DNA of 64,000 nucleotides, taken from NCBI GenBank assembly GCA_965116925.1, contig OZ220744.1:1344001-1408000 (forward strand), read 5' to 3'. Made by a program: the position numbers and the translations under genes. Below, piece after piece: positions 52,319 through 62,434 of this stretch (the first letter of the stretch is position 1; every line of letters begins with the position of its first letter). Source of the stretch: Candidatus Poribacteria bacterium. Its GTDB lineage: Bacteria; Poribacteria; WGA-4E; PCPOR2b. The notes below the pieces were generated by a model, which saw nothing but the letters and a program-made list of their open reading frames with translations, had not been told where the DNA came from and did not search any database.

Positions 52319-53710
52319 CTACTCCATTCCGATACAGTACAGATGCGTCCCGGTCCGCATGAAGAGTTGAGAGCCGGAAACAGCAAGGGACGATAAAGTG
52401 TAGCTGCCATCCAGTTCATTGGCCGCCAAGACTTTGAACTCTGGACCGGCAGCGATAACCGTCGTTACCGCGTACTCATTGGTGATATAAAGTTTGCCAT
52501 CCGCAAGGATAGGCGAAGCACTTACAGTGCCTTGTGCAGTACGCTCCGGTCCCCAGACTACCTCGCCTGTCTTTGCATCAAGGCAGGTTGCTAAACCTCT
52601 ATCATCTACCATGTAAAAGTAGGTTCCGTCAGAAGCGGGTGTGGGAACATCCGGCGCACCGGCACCGTCCCATTTCCAGACTAGATGACTGTCCGTTATA
52701 TCACCGGTGCCTCCCGCACGCAGGGCTAACAGCGGTCGCTTGCGGGTCGGTGCGTAGATGATTCCATCCACGACGAACGGGGATCCGACAACCCGATAAT
52801 TCCTTTCTTGGTGTGGATTTAATCCACCAGAACGCCAGATTTCTTTGCCGGTATCCGGATGGTGTCCGGTGACATAATCCCCGCCCGAAATCACAATCTG
52901 CGTGACCCCGTCATGTTGGAGCAGTGCGGGTGTCGTGTAAGCGTCGGGTGATTCGGAAAGAGCGTCGGTTGGTCGTTCCTGCCGCCACATTTCCTCACCA
53001 GTGGCGGCATTGAAGGCAACAATATAGGACGGATCATCCGTCCTGTATCCGTGAAGCACTTCAATAATGAGCGTCCCATTGTAGAGCAATGGGGAGGAGG
53101 CATACCCCCACATAAGACCAAACCTGCCGTAATCATCCTGCAGATTTCTCTTCCAAATTTCCTTCCCTTCCATATCGAAGGCAGCCACAGCCCCTGTTCC
53201 GGTGACAACCCAAACATGCGTTCCATCCGTCACCGGCGAAGGCGATGAATCATTTCCCTTGCGGTGTAGTTGATTCCCTGTATCAAGTTCGCGCTGCCAG
53301 AGAATATTCCCGTCCGTTCTCGAAACACAAATCAGCAGCAGCTCGTCACCGCCGGGTGAACGTCCTCCACCACCCCGACGCCCGCGTCGACCTCTCCGCT
53401 CACGCTGCGGTTCCGGCGGTGTCTCAGACTCACCTGTCCCTTTCGTCGGCGAAGTAAGGAAGATTTTATCGCCCCAGACAATGGGTGTGCCACCACTCCA
53501 TGCGGGCAGCGGTGTCTTCCAGACGATGTTTTCCGTTCCACTCCATGTGGTGGGTAGGTTTTTCGCATCACTAACGCCGGTTTGATAGGGACCACGCCAT
53601 TGTGGCCAATCTTCTTCGGTAGCTTGGGACAGGGACTGCGGCGATGTGACTCCAACAGTTATCAGTCCAATGAGGAATAGGAGCACAGAAGGGATTTGAT
53701 GTTTTTTCAT
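52319..53710 (-). CDS. PQQ-binding-like (BamB-like) beta-propeller protein
   Basis: Signal peptide; WPQWRGP, repeated SSP motifs and G..W blade ends. Confidence 0.88.
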   Translation of the reverse strand: MKKHQIPSVLLFLIGLITVGVTSPQSLSQATEEDWPQWRGPYQTGVSDAKNLPTTWSGTENIVWKTPLPAWSGGTPIVWGDKIFLTSPTKGTGESETPPEPQRERRGRRGRRGGGGRSPGGDELLLICVSRTDGNILWQRELDTGNQLHRKGNDSSPSPVTDGTHVWVVTGTGAVAAFDMEGKEIWKRNLQDDYGRFGLMWGYASSPLLYNGTLIIEVLHGYRTDDPSYIVAFNAATGEEMWRQERPTDALSESPDAYTTPALLQHDGVTQIVISGGDYVTGHHPDTGKEIWRSGGLNPHQERNYRVVGSPFVVDGIIYAPTRKRPLLALRAGGTGDITDSHLVWKWDGAGAPDVPTPASDGTYFYMVDDRGLATCLDAKTGEVVWGPERTAQGTVSASPILADGKLYITNEYAVTTVIAAGPEFKVLAANELDGSYTLSSLAVSGSQLFMRTGTHLYCIGME

Positions 53711-53942
53711 TTTGAGTTCTCCGTTTCGATGATTACTCTTGCATCCAAATAAGGTTGGAATCCACTGTATTGATCTGGCTTTCTACAATATTATACCACG
53801 CATCTGACTCCTCGTCAATCTCACCACAAATGGAACCGTTATCGGCCTTTCTCAGATTTCTTTCCTTTTTCTGTTCTGATCTGCGATATTTGCGTCCGGA
53901 TCTACTTTTAGAATTGAAGCGCGTAAACCCCATTGAATCTGT

Positions 53943-53971
53943 TTGACAAAAAATAGGAGGCATTCTATAAT
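53943..53971 (+). promoter_or_regulatory. Consensus sigma70 promoter
   Basis: TTGACA-17nt-TATAAT before the 54044 ORF. Confidence 0.7.
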
Positions 53972-54043
53972 AACTGACGCAAGGAGAGGTTGTGTCACCT
54001 TCCCACTGAGCAGCGGTCCTGATTCCTCGACAGAGTGTAGATA

Positions 54044-55990
54044 ATGCAAACAAAATTCTCCGCGACCCACCCTGAACCTATTAGTTGGCGACCAATTCTG
54101 ATTACACTGTTCCTCCTACCCGTTTTCTATTGGTGGCATATTGAGTGCGAAGCCCTTCCGTCCTTTGGTCCACCCCCTACCCTGATGTCGCCACTTTATA
54201 CCGTTATTCTCGCTGTGTTGATATTGTCATCGCTCAACCGGCTCCTGAAGAAATTTTACCCTAAGTACACCCTGACCGGCGGCGAGTTAATCACCGTTTA
54301 CGTGTTGATGTCAATGTCGCTGATCTTCATGTCCTACGACATGTTCCTCCCGTTGGCCTCTATCGTCGTGCACGCCTTCTATTTCGCCACGCCAGAAAAT
54401 GAGTGGCGTGATCTCTTCTTCCACTACCTGCCAGACTGGTTGACAATCAGCAATCCAGAGATAGGATTTGCCTTTTATCGGGGGGATAAATCCTTTTTCG
54501 AGCCGCAATATTTCCTCGCTTGGGTGAAGCCTATATTCTGGTGGTGTTCTTTTGCGTTTGTCTGGCTCCTTGTCACGCAGTGTATCAATGTCATCATCAG
54601 AAAAGCGTGGGCGGAACAGGAGCGGCTCACCTATCCTATCGTCGAAATCCCCTACCAGCTCGCCTACAACGCCAGCGGCTTCTTCCGCAGTCAGGCAATG
54701 TGGTGGGGATTTGCCATTGCAGGGGGAATCAGTCTAATCAACGGTCTGCACGTCCTATTCCCAATTATCCCCGTAATCCCGACGAAGTCGATTTCCTTAG
54801 CACCGTTGTTCACCGAAAAGCCGTGGAACGCCCTGCTACGCGGCGGGAGCACGATTGTCATATATCCCTTCGCCGTGGGGCTTTTCTTCCTAATGCCGAT
54901 GGATCTGCTTGCATCGTGCCTCCTCTTTTTCTTCTTATACAAGATGCAATTTTTCATGGCGATTGTGACAGGCATGGAGCAGATACCCGGCTTCCCTTAT
55001 CCTTATGAGCAGCAAACCGGAGCGTATACAGGAATATGTGTGATTGCGTTGTGGGCGACGCGCCGGCAAATTTGGCGAGCTTTGAAGGCTGCCATCAGAC
55101 CACAGCCGGAAGAAGAGAGAGAAGAACCGATGCGATATCGAACCGCTTTCTTGGGAGTGGTGTTAGGAGGACTTTTCCTCATCGGGTTTGGGATGCGAGG
55201 CGGGATGGGATTCAAGATTGCCCTGCTGTTTTTTGCCGCGCATTTCGCGACGATCGCGATTCCCCTCACGCGCCTCCGTGCTCAGATTGGCTTTCCAATC
55301 CATTCGACCACATTTATTGGCCCCCACCATAGCTTGGTCAGTCTGTTGGGGACTCGACAGATCGGTGCCCAAAACTTAACGTGGTTCTCGCTCTTTTTTT
55401 GGTTTAATCGGGACAACCGGAGCCACCCGATGCCGCATCAACTTGAAGCGTTTAAGCTCTCTGAACGGGGACATCTTGATGTCAAAGGTTTATCCCGTTG
55501 GATGCTTGGGATACTCATCGTAGCAATGCCGATGTGTCTCATAATGTTGCTGGAGACCTTTTTCAGGTTGGGGGTAGACACCGGTAACATCGGCGGACAA
55601 ATCAACAGCTTTGGGGGACGTGCTTATCGTTTTCTTCACGGTTGGTTGACCACCCCACGCGATCCACAGAACGGGCATATTGCAGCGATGAGTTTCGGGT
55701 TCTTTTTTACGCTGATACTAGGGATAGTTCGTGCACGGTTTTTCTGGTGGCCCATCCATCCGCTGGGCTACGGTATTTCGCTATCGTCCCACATGTTTAT
55801 GTTTTGGGCACCGTTTATCATCGCCGGTGTCGCCAAATGGAGCCTGTTGAAATACGGGGGTATCGTGCTTTATCGGAGAGCCATCCCCCTATTTCTAGGG
55901 TTGGCGTTAGGAGATTTTGTCTTAGGGAGCTTCTGGAGTCTGCTGGGGATTCTCCTCAAAAGACCGACATACACCTTTTATTTTGGCTGA
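54044..55990 (+). CDS. DUF6785/DUF6784-like polytopic membrane protein
   Basis: Many TM helices; ELITVY, ATPENEW, W...ERLTYP, HPMP, WWPIHPLGY, PLFLGLALGDF. Confidence 0.75.
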   Translation: MQTKFSATHPEPISWRPILITLFLLPVFYWWHIECEALPSFGPPPTLMSPLYTVILAVLILSSLNRLLKKFYPKYTLTGGELITVYVLMSMSLIFMSYDMFLPLASIVVHAFYFATPENEWRDLFFHYLPDWLTISNPEIGFAFYRGDKSFFEPQYFLAWVKPIFWWCSFAFVWLLVTQCINVIIRKAWAEQERLTYPIVEIPYQLAYNASGFFRSQAMWWGFAIAGGISLINGLHVLFPIIPVIPTKSISLAPLFTEKPWNALLRGGSTIVIYPFAVGLFFLMPMDLLASCLLFFFLYKMQFFMAIVTGMEQIPGFPYPYEQQTGAYTGICVIALWATRRQIWRALKAAIRPQPEEEREEPMRYRTAFLGVVLGGLFLIGFGMRGGMGFKIALLFFAAHFATIAIPLTRLRAQIGFPIHSTTFIGPHHSLVSLLGTRQIGAQNLTWFSLFFWFNRDNRSHPMPHQLEAFKLSERGHLDVKGLSRWMLGILIVAMPMCLIMLLETFFRLGVDTGNIGGQINSFGGRAYRFLHGWLTTPRDPQNGHIAAMSFGFFFTLILGIVRARFFWWPIHPLGYGISLSSHMFMFWAPFIIAGVAKWSLLKYGGIVLYRRAIPLFLGLALGDFVLGSFWSLLGILLKRPTYTFYFG

Positions 55991-56104
55991 TGTCAACCTT
56001 TTATTTTAGCTGACGTTACAGTTAGTAGGGGCAGGAGTGACGCATTTGACAACGCAGGCTGATACCCATTTGCAATTCGGGTATATAGCAGTAACCAATC
56101 CTAA

Positions 56105-56132
56105 AAGCCCCAGCAGGGCGACATGTGTGTAA
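56105..56132 (+). repeat. AGCCCCAGCGGGGCGACATGTGT-type palindromic repeat (copies at 62170-62198 and 62221-62246)
   Basis: Three degenerate copies seen directly. Confidence 0.65.
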
Positions 56133-56186
56133 CAAGAACCAACCTACACAATCCCAATGTACCGCTCCACACCGAAAGGATTAATC

Positions 56187-56621
56187 ATGAAAGCAACCTG
56201 TTTCCAATTACTTCATTGTATGATGCTGTTTGCTGCATGTATCAGTGCTATATATTGCATTGGTTGTGCGAACATTGATGATGTTCTCAAGGCTACCGGG
56301 GAACCGCCAGAAGGAGAGGGTGTTATCATTAGAGATATACCTATCCAAGAGATAGAAGTGCTACTTGCGGAGAGCGACCCCGTTCAAGTGACTGTTGAGG
56401 TCAATGGCTGGCTGCCAGATGGTTGTACCGAACACCATCAGACACATCTAACGCAGGAAGGAAACACTATCACTATCCAGATCACAAACATACGTCCGAG
56501 AGGTTTTGCTTGCGCGACGGTCGTGACAGAGTACCAGGAGCGGGTTTCTATCGGTACACTCCCTGCGGGTGATTATACAGTCATTGTCAACGGTGTGGAG
56601 CAGGAGTTTCGTGTCGATTGA
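56187..56621 (+). CDS. Hypothetical lipoprotein (beta-sandwich-like, two Cys)
   Basis: Lipobox-like CIGC; ES.PVQV...GWLPDGCT...CA...L..GDYTVIVNG. Confidence 0.65.
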   Translation: MKATCFQLLHCMMLFAACISAIYCIGCANIDDVLKATGEPPEGEGVIIRDIPIQEIEVLLAESDPVQVTVEVNGWLPDGCTEHHQTHLTQEGNTITIQITNIRPRGFACATVVTEYQERVSIGTLPAGDYTVIVNGVEQEFRVD

Positions 56622-56652
56622 TCTGACATTTTCCTGAGGGTTACTGTCGATC

Positions 56653-58911
56653 TTAAAAATTCAACCGATATAGGAGTTTTACATTCCTTCCCGACTCCGG
56701 CATCACCGATTTAATTCTCGAAAGATGTTGACGGTATTCGGCATCGAAAATATTCTCGACCGTGACAACCGCCTGATGCTGAAGTTGCCACACCGGAAAC
56801 GCCAATTGGATACCCGCATCGTAGACGACATACCCGTCGGTTGCCTCTTCAAATTCGCCAAGTCGGTGCTGACCATCTGAAAATCGAGCTGTGAAATGAA
56901 CGTTTAACGGAGGCGTAACGTATCGCAACGCTACTTTGCCGTTGAGTGGTGGGATACGTTCAAGCGGTAACCCGCTGGCCGTTAATGTCCCTTTGACGTA
57001 ACTCATGCTTGCCTGCGCCTGAAATCGTGGAATAATTTCAGTGTCAACGCTAAATTCGACACCATCAAGTACCGCGTCTTGTCCCTGATATTGATATATC
57101 CACAGCCACCCCGCTGCGCCACTCCCCCAATCCTTTTCACCTGTGTTGGTCTGAATCAGATAGCCGTAAATTTGGTTGCGAAAAACGGTGAGATTAAGTT
57201 TCAGCCGCTTGGCTGCATAGCGCAGGAATGCTTCTGTTCCTAAGCCATCCTCCGAGTCGAGTTCGGCGTTGCCAATTTCGTAGGAGTAGACTGCGAGATG
57301 AGGACCATCTGAAAAAAGTTCTTCGATCCCCGGCGTACGGAACGTCTTCATCAAGGTGGCTCCTGTTTCCAAGTGGTCATCCCAATGATAGATGCCCGAA
57401 ACTGCACTCGATACACCGCCGAAGTCCCGTCGTTCCACCGTTCCCGCGCGGGTGACAATACCTTCCTTAAACGGTTCAGCCCGCCTGACATCGTAGCGAA
57501 TCGCACCTTGCAGTGTTAAATCCTCGTTGAGTCGTTTCTGTTTCAAATAGAATCCCGCTAACGACATTTCCCGTGTGTGCGGTGTCCAGTAAAACCCACC
57601 GGTCGCATGGTCACGGTACTCGCCCCAAACCCCGGCAACCGCGTCGCCACGCATATAAGCCAGCGCGGAAACGTTGGTTGTCAGAACGCCAAACTCAACA
57701 CCGAGCCGGTTGTTCGATTCCCGCTCTTGATGTTGGTAGCGTGTGTAGGTCGAGTGCAGTTTCAGTTTCTCAAGAAACGATTGCTGAAATCCGTACTCAA
57801 AATCAGCCTCATACCGCTGGCGATCAAGGTCGATGGTGACGCCGTGGATATGTCCCTCCGGTGAACCGGGAACCCCATAATCTGAGCGGTAGCTACCGCC
57901 AGAAATCCCGATATGCCCCCAATCCTTGACCATTGAAAGACCTGTTGAAAAATTAGTTTGCGACAGGGCCGTGTTTTCTAAAATACCGATAGGGGTGTGC
58001 GTATCATCGGTGCTGCGGCGGTTCAACTCCAGTCGCCACGCAAAATCACCGATCGGTATCGTAAATCCCGTCGTTCCGGTCAACCCTGAATTGACCGATT
58101 CCCCCTGAAATGTGAGATTCATCGTTGGGCGACGGGGCAAGGTTTGTGGGATAGTTTCTCGCTTGACATTGACGACACCGCCGAGTGTGCTCGACCCATA
58201 AATGAGCGATGCCGGTCCGCGCGTAATCTCAATATTTGTTGCAGTGGTAGGGTCAATTGCGACCGCATGGTCCGCTGAGGAGGCTGATTTATCGCCGGTG
58301 CGTCCACCATCTTCGAGGATAAGCAGTCGATCGCCCCCCATGCCCCGGACGACCGGACGCGCGGTCGCTCTGCCCATTGTCCGCTGGGCAATCCCCACCT
58401 CCTCGCTAAGCGTCTCGGCTATGGTTGCTCCCATTTTCTGATCCAGTTCCTGGGCAGAGAGGTTCAGGTCGGTTGTTTTCTCAAAATGAGCATGCTCCTC
58501 GTCGCCGGGTGTGACAACAACCTCTCCGAGTTGGAGCGGATTGCGTTTCAATCTGATCGTCATCGTCATCGGATCTGTTTCGACAACGATTTTTTTACCT
58601 AACGTTTCATAGCCAACACGCTCAAATCGTAGCGTATATGTCCCTTGCACAATCTCGTCAAACCGAAACTCTCCGGTCCTACCGGTTCGGAACAAAGATA
58701 TTCCTTCTGCGTCGCGTAATAGGGATACGTGGACATCCACAAGGGGAGTTTCCGTCTCTGCATCAATCACCTCTCCTGAGATGGAGATATTGTGGGCAAA
58801 GGAGCTCCCTTTTATAAAACAGATGAGAAAAATAGCAGATAGCACAAGACGGAGCCACTTCACAGTAAATGTAATCAGTAACAACGTGCATCTAAAAAAA
58901 CAGGTAAACAT
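56653..58911 (-). CDS. TonB-dependent receptor (ZnuD-like metal receptor)
   Basis: N-terminal carboxypeptidase-like domain; plug RPVVRG, DHA, IEITRGPASLIYG; ELFSDGPH; C-terminal Phe. Start uncertain (58914, 58911 or GTG 58863). Confidence 0.9.
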   Translation of the reverse strand: MFTCFFRCTLLLITFTVKWLRLVLSAIFLICFIKGSSFAHNISISGEVIDAETETPLVDVHVSLLRDAEGISLFRTGRTGEFRFDEIVQGTYTLRFERVGYETLGKKIVVETDPMTMTIRLKRNPLQLGEVVVTPGDEEHAHFEKTTDLNLSAQELDQKMGATIAETLSEEVGIAQRTMGRATARPVVRGMGGDRLLILEDGGRTGDKSASSADHAVAIDPTTATNIEITRGPASLIYGSSTLGGVVNVKRETIPQTLPRRPTMNLTFQGESVNSGLTGTTGFTIPIGDFAWRLELNRRSTDDTHTPIGILENTALSQTNFSTGLSMVKDWGHIGISGGSYRSDYGVPGSPEGHIHGVTIDLDRQRYEADFEYGFQQSFLEKLKLHSTYTRYQHQERESNNRLGVEFGVLTTNVSALAYMRGDAVAGVWGEYRDHATGGFYWTPHTREMSLAGFYLKQKRLNEDLTLQGAIRYDVRRAEPFKEGIVTRAGTVERRDFGGVSSAVSGIYHWDDHLETGATLMKTFRTPGIEELFSDGPHLAVYSYEIGNAELDSEDGLGTEAFLRYAAKRLKLNLTVFRNQIYGYLIQTNTGEKDWGSGAAGWLWIYQYQGQDAVLDGVEFSVDTEIIPRFQAQASMSYVKGTLTASGLPLERIPPLNGKVALRYVTPPLNVHFTARFSDGQHRLGEFEEATDGYVVYDAGIQLAFPVWQLQHQAVVTVENIFDAEYRQHLSRIKSVMPESGRNVKLLYRLNF

Positions 58912-59041
58912 CATTTCCTCCAGATATAAATAGATCGTCTTCCCAGCACCATTGCTGAGGCATACTAACACTAGCGTCAAATCAGCCGGGAAAGGCAGCA
59001 ATTAATTAAACAAAAACAGAAATATGGATTAGACCAAAAAA

Positions 59042-59368
59042 TTAAACGGAGAACGTTGGTGGGGCACGACTTTGGATGCTTTTGTTGAGTGTTGTAGAAA
59101 TGAAAATTGAATCGAAAGGCGAGTGAATTGAGATGCACGTATCAACATTGGCAGTGTCAACAGGATCAATTTCTATACCGACGTGATTGGCACTGAAGAA
59201 ACAAGCAGAACAATCTGTCGAACAGTGGTTCGCATGGTCATGTTCGTGGTTATGGTCATGGCCATGTTCGTGTGGAAGTCCAACCAAGCTTATTGCCATC
59301 AGGCAATAAGAAATGCCCACCGCAATTATCCAGCTAGTTGGATTGATGTAGATTCGATCGCTCTGCAA
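59042..59368 (-). CDS. DUF2946/CruR-like His-rich leader protein with CxxC and C-terminal RAPP
   Basis: Hydrophobic N-terminus; HEHGHDHNHEHDHANH, CSAC, SRAPP; directly upstream of the TBDR. Confidence 0.75.
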   Translation of the reverse strand: MQSDRIYINPTSWIIAVGISYCLMAISLVGLPHEHGHDHNHEHDHANHCSTDCSACFFSANHVGIEIDPVDTANVDTCISIHSPFDSIFISTTLNKSIQSRAPPTFSV

Positions 59369-59480
59369 GAGCCTTTACCTCTTTTAAGAGTCGGATATTT
59401 GGAAACTGAAGAAAAAAATCATAATACAAGGGAATAACTTTGATAATTTTTTATTTTGAAAATTATATGCAATAGTGCCG

Positions 59481-59502
59481 AAAGCCTAAATGATTAGGCT
59501 TT
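59481..59502. terminator. Terminator-like hairpin
   Basis: aaagcctaa-atga-ttaggcttt, perfect 9-bp stem. Confidence 0.45.
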
Positions 59503-59715
59503 GGACTTCTTAGTGGTGGTGCGGGTATAGCAATGACTGGATTTGATCCCCAATAATGCTTTGGCTACGTTCTTTGGAGTATCAGGGATAAATTCTACAC
59601 GCTTGTCTTTGATTGGGCGTCCGAATGAATCAGGAAAATGGCGAATAGCAAAAGTCGTAGCCACTTCATGGAGGCACCGCTACGGTACGACAACTGGTGC
59701 CTCAAATTGTCATGC

Positions 59716-60825
59716 TTATCGTGCACGTTTTACCTCATCCAACTCTAATTGATAGACACCCATCAGCATCAAATCCTCCCGAAACTCCTGACCGACCGAA
59801 AGTTTACCAAAAACAGTGATTGGCATATCCATCACCGTTTGAATTTTCTGCTTTTTTGAGGATTCAACGTAGATAACCTCGTTGATACGGGGGGCAACGC
59901 CGAAACAGCACGACATTGTTGACTTAAGCAATAGGAACCTTTGCACTTTTCCCTTGTCAACGTCAATCGGGAGCATAAATCCCGTGATCGCAACCTTCTT
60001 TCCATCAATTTGCTTAACTTTGTCGGGAATCTCTGCGTCGTAGGAAAGCGAGGCGATGTATTCTGAGTCTGCCAACTGCCTCCAATCCGGCTCATCAAGC
60101 CAGTAGTCACCTAAGAAACCGAATGGCACGCGTAAGTAGTCGCCAACCATTTCGGTGGGAACGGCAATAGTTTCAGTGCTATCAATAGCAAACAGACTAA
60201 AGTTGATCGGCGTCGGAGAGGTCAATTCCGGCTCTGTCTCAACGTTGTAGTCAGCGAACTGGATTTCAAACCCACCGACGAGCCGTAGCACATCGCCCGG
60301 TAACCATTGGACAAACCGACTGTTTCTTGAAAAATAGGTAAACCGTAACTCCTTCAACTCCACCGACTTTTTGGCACCGTGTAACTCAAAGGTCGCTTTG
60401 GCATCAGTCTTGATGGGTAAGCCATCAACCAGTCGGACATCTTCCGCGACATTTAGGCTTTCAATCCGAAGGATAGCTTGCGGGTAGACATCAGCGTTCC
60501 ACCCAACCTTCTGTGGCTCTTCATCAACGCTGGTCTGCATTTTCAGACGTTTCATATCAAGTTGGAACATCGCCTTAAATGTCTTATGCAGTGCATCGGG
60601 GTCGAGCGCAATGGTTCCGTTGATACGTTCGGTTGTCGCCCGGAACTGACTGCCTCCAAACATGAACACATTTCTCTCTTTATCCAGCGTGAATGTTTTT
60701 AACTTCGCAGACGGGTCGTCTTGAGCGGAGGCAAAGCCAAATATCCCGAAGATTAACCCAAAAACCGTTGCATAAAAAACAAAACGTAATCCGTAAGAGG
60801 AGAATACGTTAACCATATTCCTCAC
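59716..60825 (-). CDS. YceI-like domain + DUF3299 domain fusion
   Basis: Signal peptide; YceI-like INGTI, FELHG, F.I...DYNV; DUF3299 DGKKVAITGFMLP, FLL, CCFG..P..NE. Confidence 0.75.
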   Translation of the reverse strand: MRNMVNVFSSYGLRFVFYATVFGLIFGIFGFASAQDDPSAKLKTFTLDKERNVFMFGGSQFRATTERINGTIALDPDALHKTFKAMFQLDMKRLKMQTSVDEEPQKVGWNADVYPQAILRIESLNVAEDVRLVDGLPIKTDAKATFELHGAKKSVELKELRFTYFSRNSRFVQWLPGDVLRLVGGFEIQFADYNVETEPELTSPTPINFSLFAIDSTETIAVPTEMVGDYLRVPFGFLGDYWLDEPDWRQLADSEYIASLSYDAEIPDKVKQIDGKKVAITGFMLPIDVDKGKVQRFLLLKSTMSCCFGVAPRINEVIYVESSKKQKIQTVMDMPITVFGKLSVGQEFREDLMLMGVYQLELDEVKRAR

Positions 60826-61451
60826 TCCTTTTGGTCTAGCTGTATCCGATCCAGGTCAAGGTGGTAGATACCGGTAAGTACCACGCCTTCAAACTTTGCT
60901 CCGACGTGCAATGTACCTAACAAAGTTATCAGTACATCTTGATGGATATCGATTTTCTTCTTTTCTGGTACTCTAACATACACCCATTCGTTCAGACGGG
61001 GCATGTTACCAAAACAGCACGCCATCTGATCTTTGAGCAACATAAAGGTTCGAAGATTGCCCTCCGACATATCAAGCGGTAACATAAATCCTTGAATCTC
61101 AACATTCTTACCGTCCATTGCTTGAATCAGCGGGGAAATTTGTTCATTAAGTTTCAACGAGGCGATGTATGCCGGATCTTCCATTTTCGCCCAATTCGGC
61201 TCCCTGAACGGGTAGCTAGTGAGCATATTAAAGGTCAGGGATTGATATGCCTCTGTCGCTGATGGTGCTCCCTGCACAGTACCCGATTCGAGCGTTTGAC
61301 CAGTCCGGTCACTCACACCTCGAAGGGCGCGCATCGGGTGCGATTTCGGTAACAGCTGAAAAACGCCCAGCGACAACCCGACGACAACTGCGCTAACCAT
61401 TGTAAAGTTCAGCCACGCGCTGCGTCGATTTTTTGTTTTAAGCATTTTCAT
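60822..61451 (-). CDS. DUF3299 (ZrgD-like) membrane-anchored protein
   Basis: DGKNVEIQGFMLP, ACCFG..P..NEW; 4-nt overlap with the next gene. Confidence 0.8.
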   Translation of the reverse strand: MKMLKTKNRRSAWLNFTMVSAVVVGLSLGVFQLLPKSHPMRALRGVSDRTGQTLESGTVQGAPSATEAYQSLTFNMLTSYPFREPNWAKMEDPAYIASLKLNEQISPLIQAMDGKNVEIQGFMLPLDMSEGNLRTFMLLKDQMACCFGNMPRLNEWVYVRVPEKKKIDIHQDVLITLLGTLHVGAKFEGVVLTGIYHLDLDRIQLDQKE

Positions 61452-61467
61452 CCCTTCCACCCCCTGA

Positions 61468-62001
61468 CTAATGTTCATCATGCTCACTATGTGTTTCTTC
61501 ATTGCCTTCGGGGAACTCAAAGTCTATGTCGGTGAACATCTGACCTTTTATGTCAATCGAAACAATTTCTGCATGAAATTCCGATACACCCTGTAATGTG
61601 TCCGATTGTGCTGCAAATTGAGAAGTATCTCCTTCGGTTTCTCCGGTCAGAACGTTCGCAACCCCTGAAAGTTGCAACATAAATTCAGACTGGATATCTT
61701 CTCGATGTATTTTGAGTTCAATTGTCTTCTGCGAGAGTCGTACCGGTTTTTCCGCTTCACCGTCCAGCACGTAGCCAATAAGTTTTCCGGTCGTTTGGTC
61801 TAGCACAAACTCAATGTGTGCGAACTCATCGCCAAAGACAACCAATGTCCCACCGTGAGGTGCCGTATGTTCATGATGTGTATCGGTTTCGGGCGTTGCC
61901 GCCTGTTCGTGATGCTGCTCTTCCTTTTTCTCACAACTGAGTTGGGCAATGACAACAGATAAAATCGCCGTCCATATCAAGAAAGTTCTTTGGATTTTCA
62001 T
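61468..62001 (-). CDS. His-rich lipoprotein, probable metal-binding protein
   Basis: Lipobox-like QLSC; HHEHTAPHGG, AHIEFV; C-terminal HSEHDEH. Confidence 0.7.
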   Translation of the reverse strand: MKIQRTFLIWTAILSVVIAQLSCEKKEEQHHEQAATPETDTHHEHTAPHGGTLVVFGDEFAHIEFVLDQTTGKLIGYVLDGEAEKPVRLSQKTIELKIHREDIQSEFMLQLSGVANVLTGETEGDTSQFAAQSDTLQGVSEFHAEIVSIDIKGQMFTDIDFEFPEGNEETHSEHDEH

Positions 62002-62434
62002 GATGATTTTCCTTTCAGCAAGACTCAATGAATAGAGAAAGGTGCTTAATTAACAAAATTTGGAACATTTCAACACGCTTGTATGGTATATTAACTTAAG
62101 TTGCTAGTGATGTGCGAATCGATAAGATTCCCCTTATACTCGCAGGTCGGGCATCTTGCCCGATCTACAAAGCCCCAGCGGGGCGATATGTGTATAGCAC
62201 GTCGGTAAACCAATACCTCCAAGCCCCAGCGAGGCGACATGTGTATCCGAAGGGTGGAATATAAGAAGCAATGAATCAGCCAACTAATGAACCGATGAAC
62301 TCTCCGATAAATCTGGATTTTCAACTTGAACAGTGTAGAAACGATTTTCTCATAACTAGCGCCAAAGGTTAATACGTCGTTAGGTCTGTACATTCCGGCA
62401 CTTGTAACGCCAAATCAGTTAATAGGAGAATCCA

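Noticed and set aside
59369..59480. Zur/Fur box upstream of the metal locus
   Set aside because: AT-rich, but no convincing palindrome matching a known consensus
62170..62246. Two ~27-bp repeats about 51 nt apart resembling a mini-CRISPR
   Set aside because: Only two degenerate copies, a dispersed third at 56105, and no cas genes; better explained as a REP-like palindrome
62091..62393. 100-aa minus-strand ORF with repeated HxSPRWG
   Set aside because: The peptide repeat is just the translation of the palindromic DNA repeats
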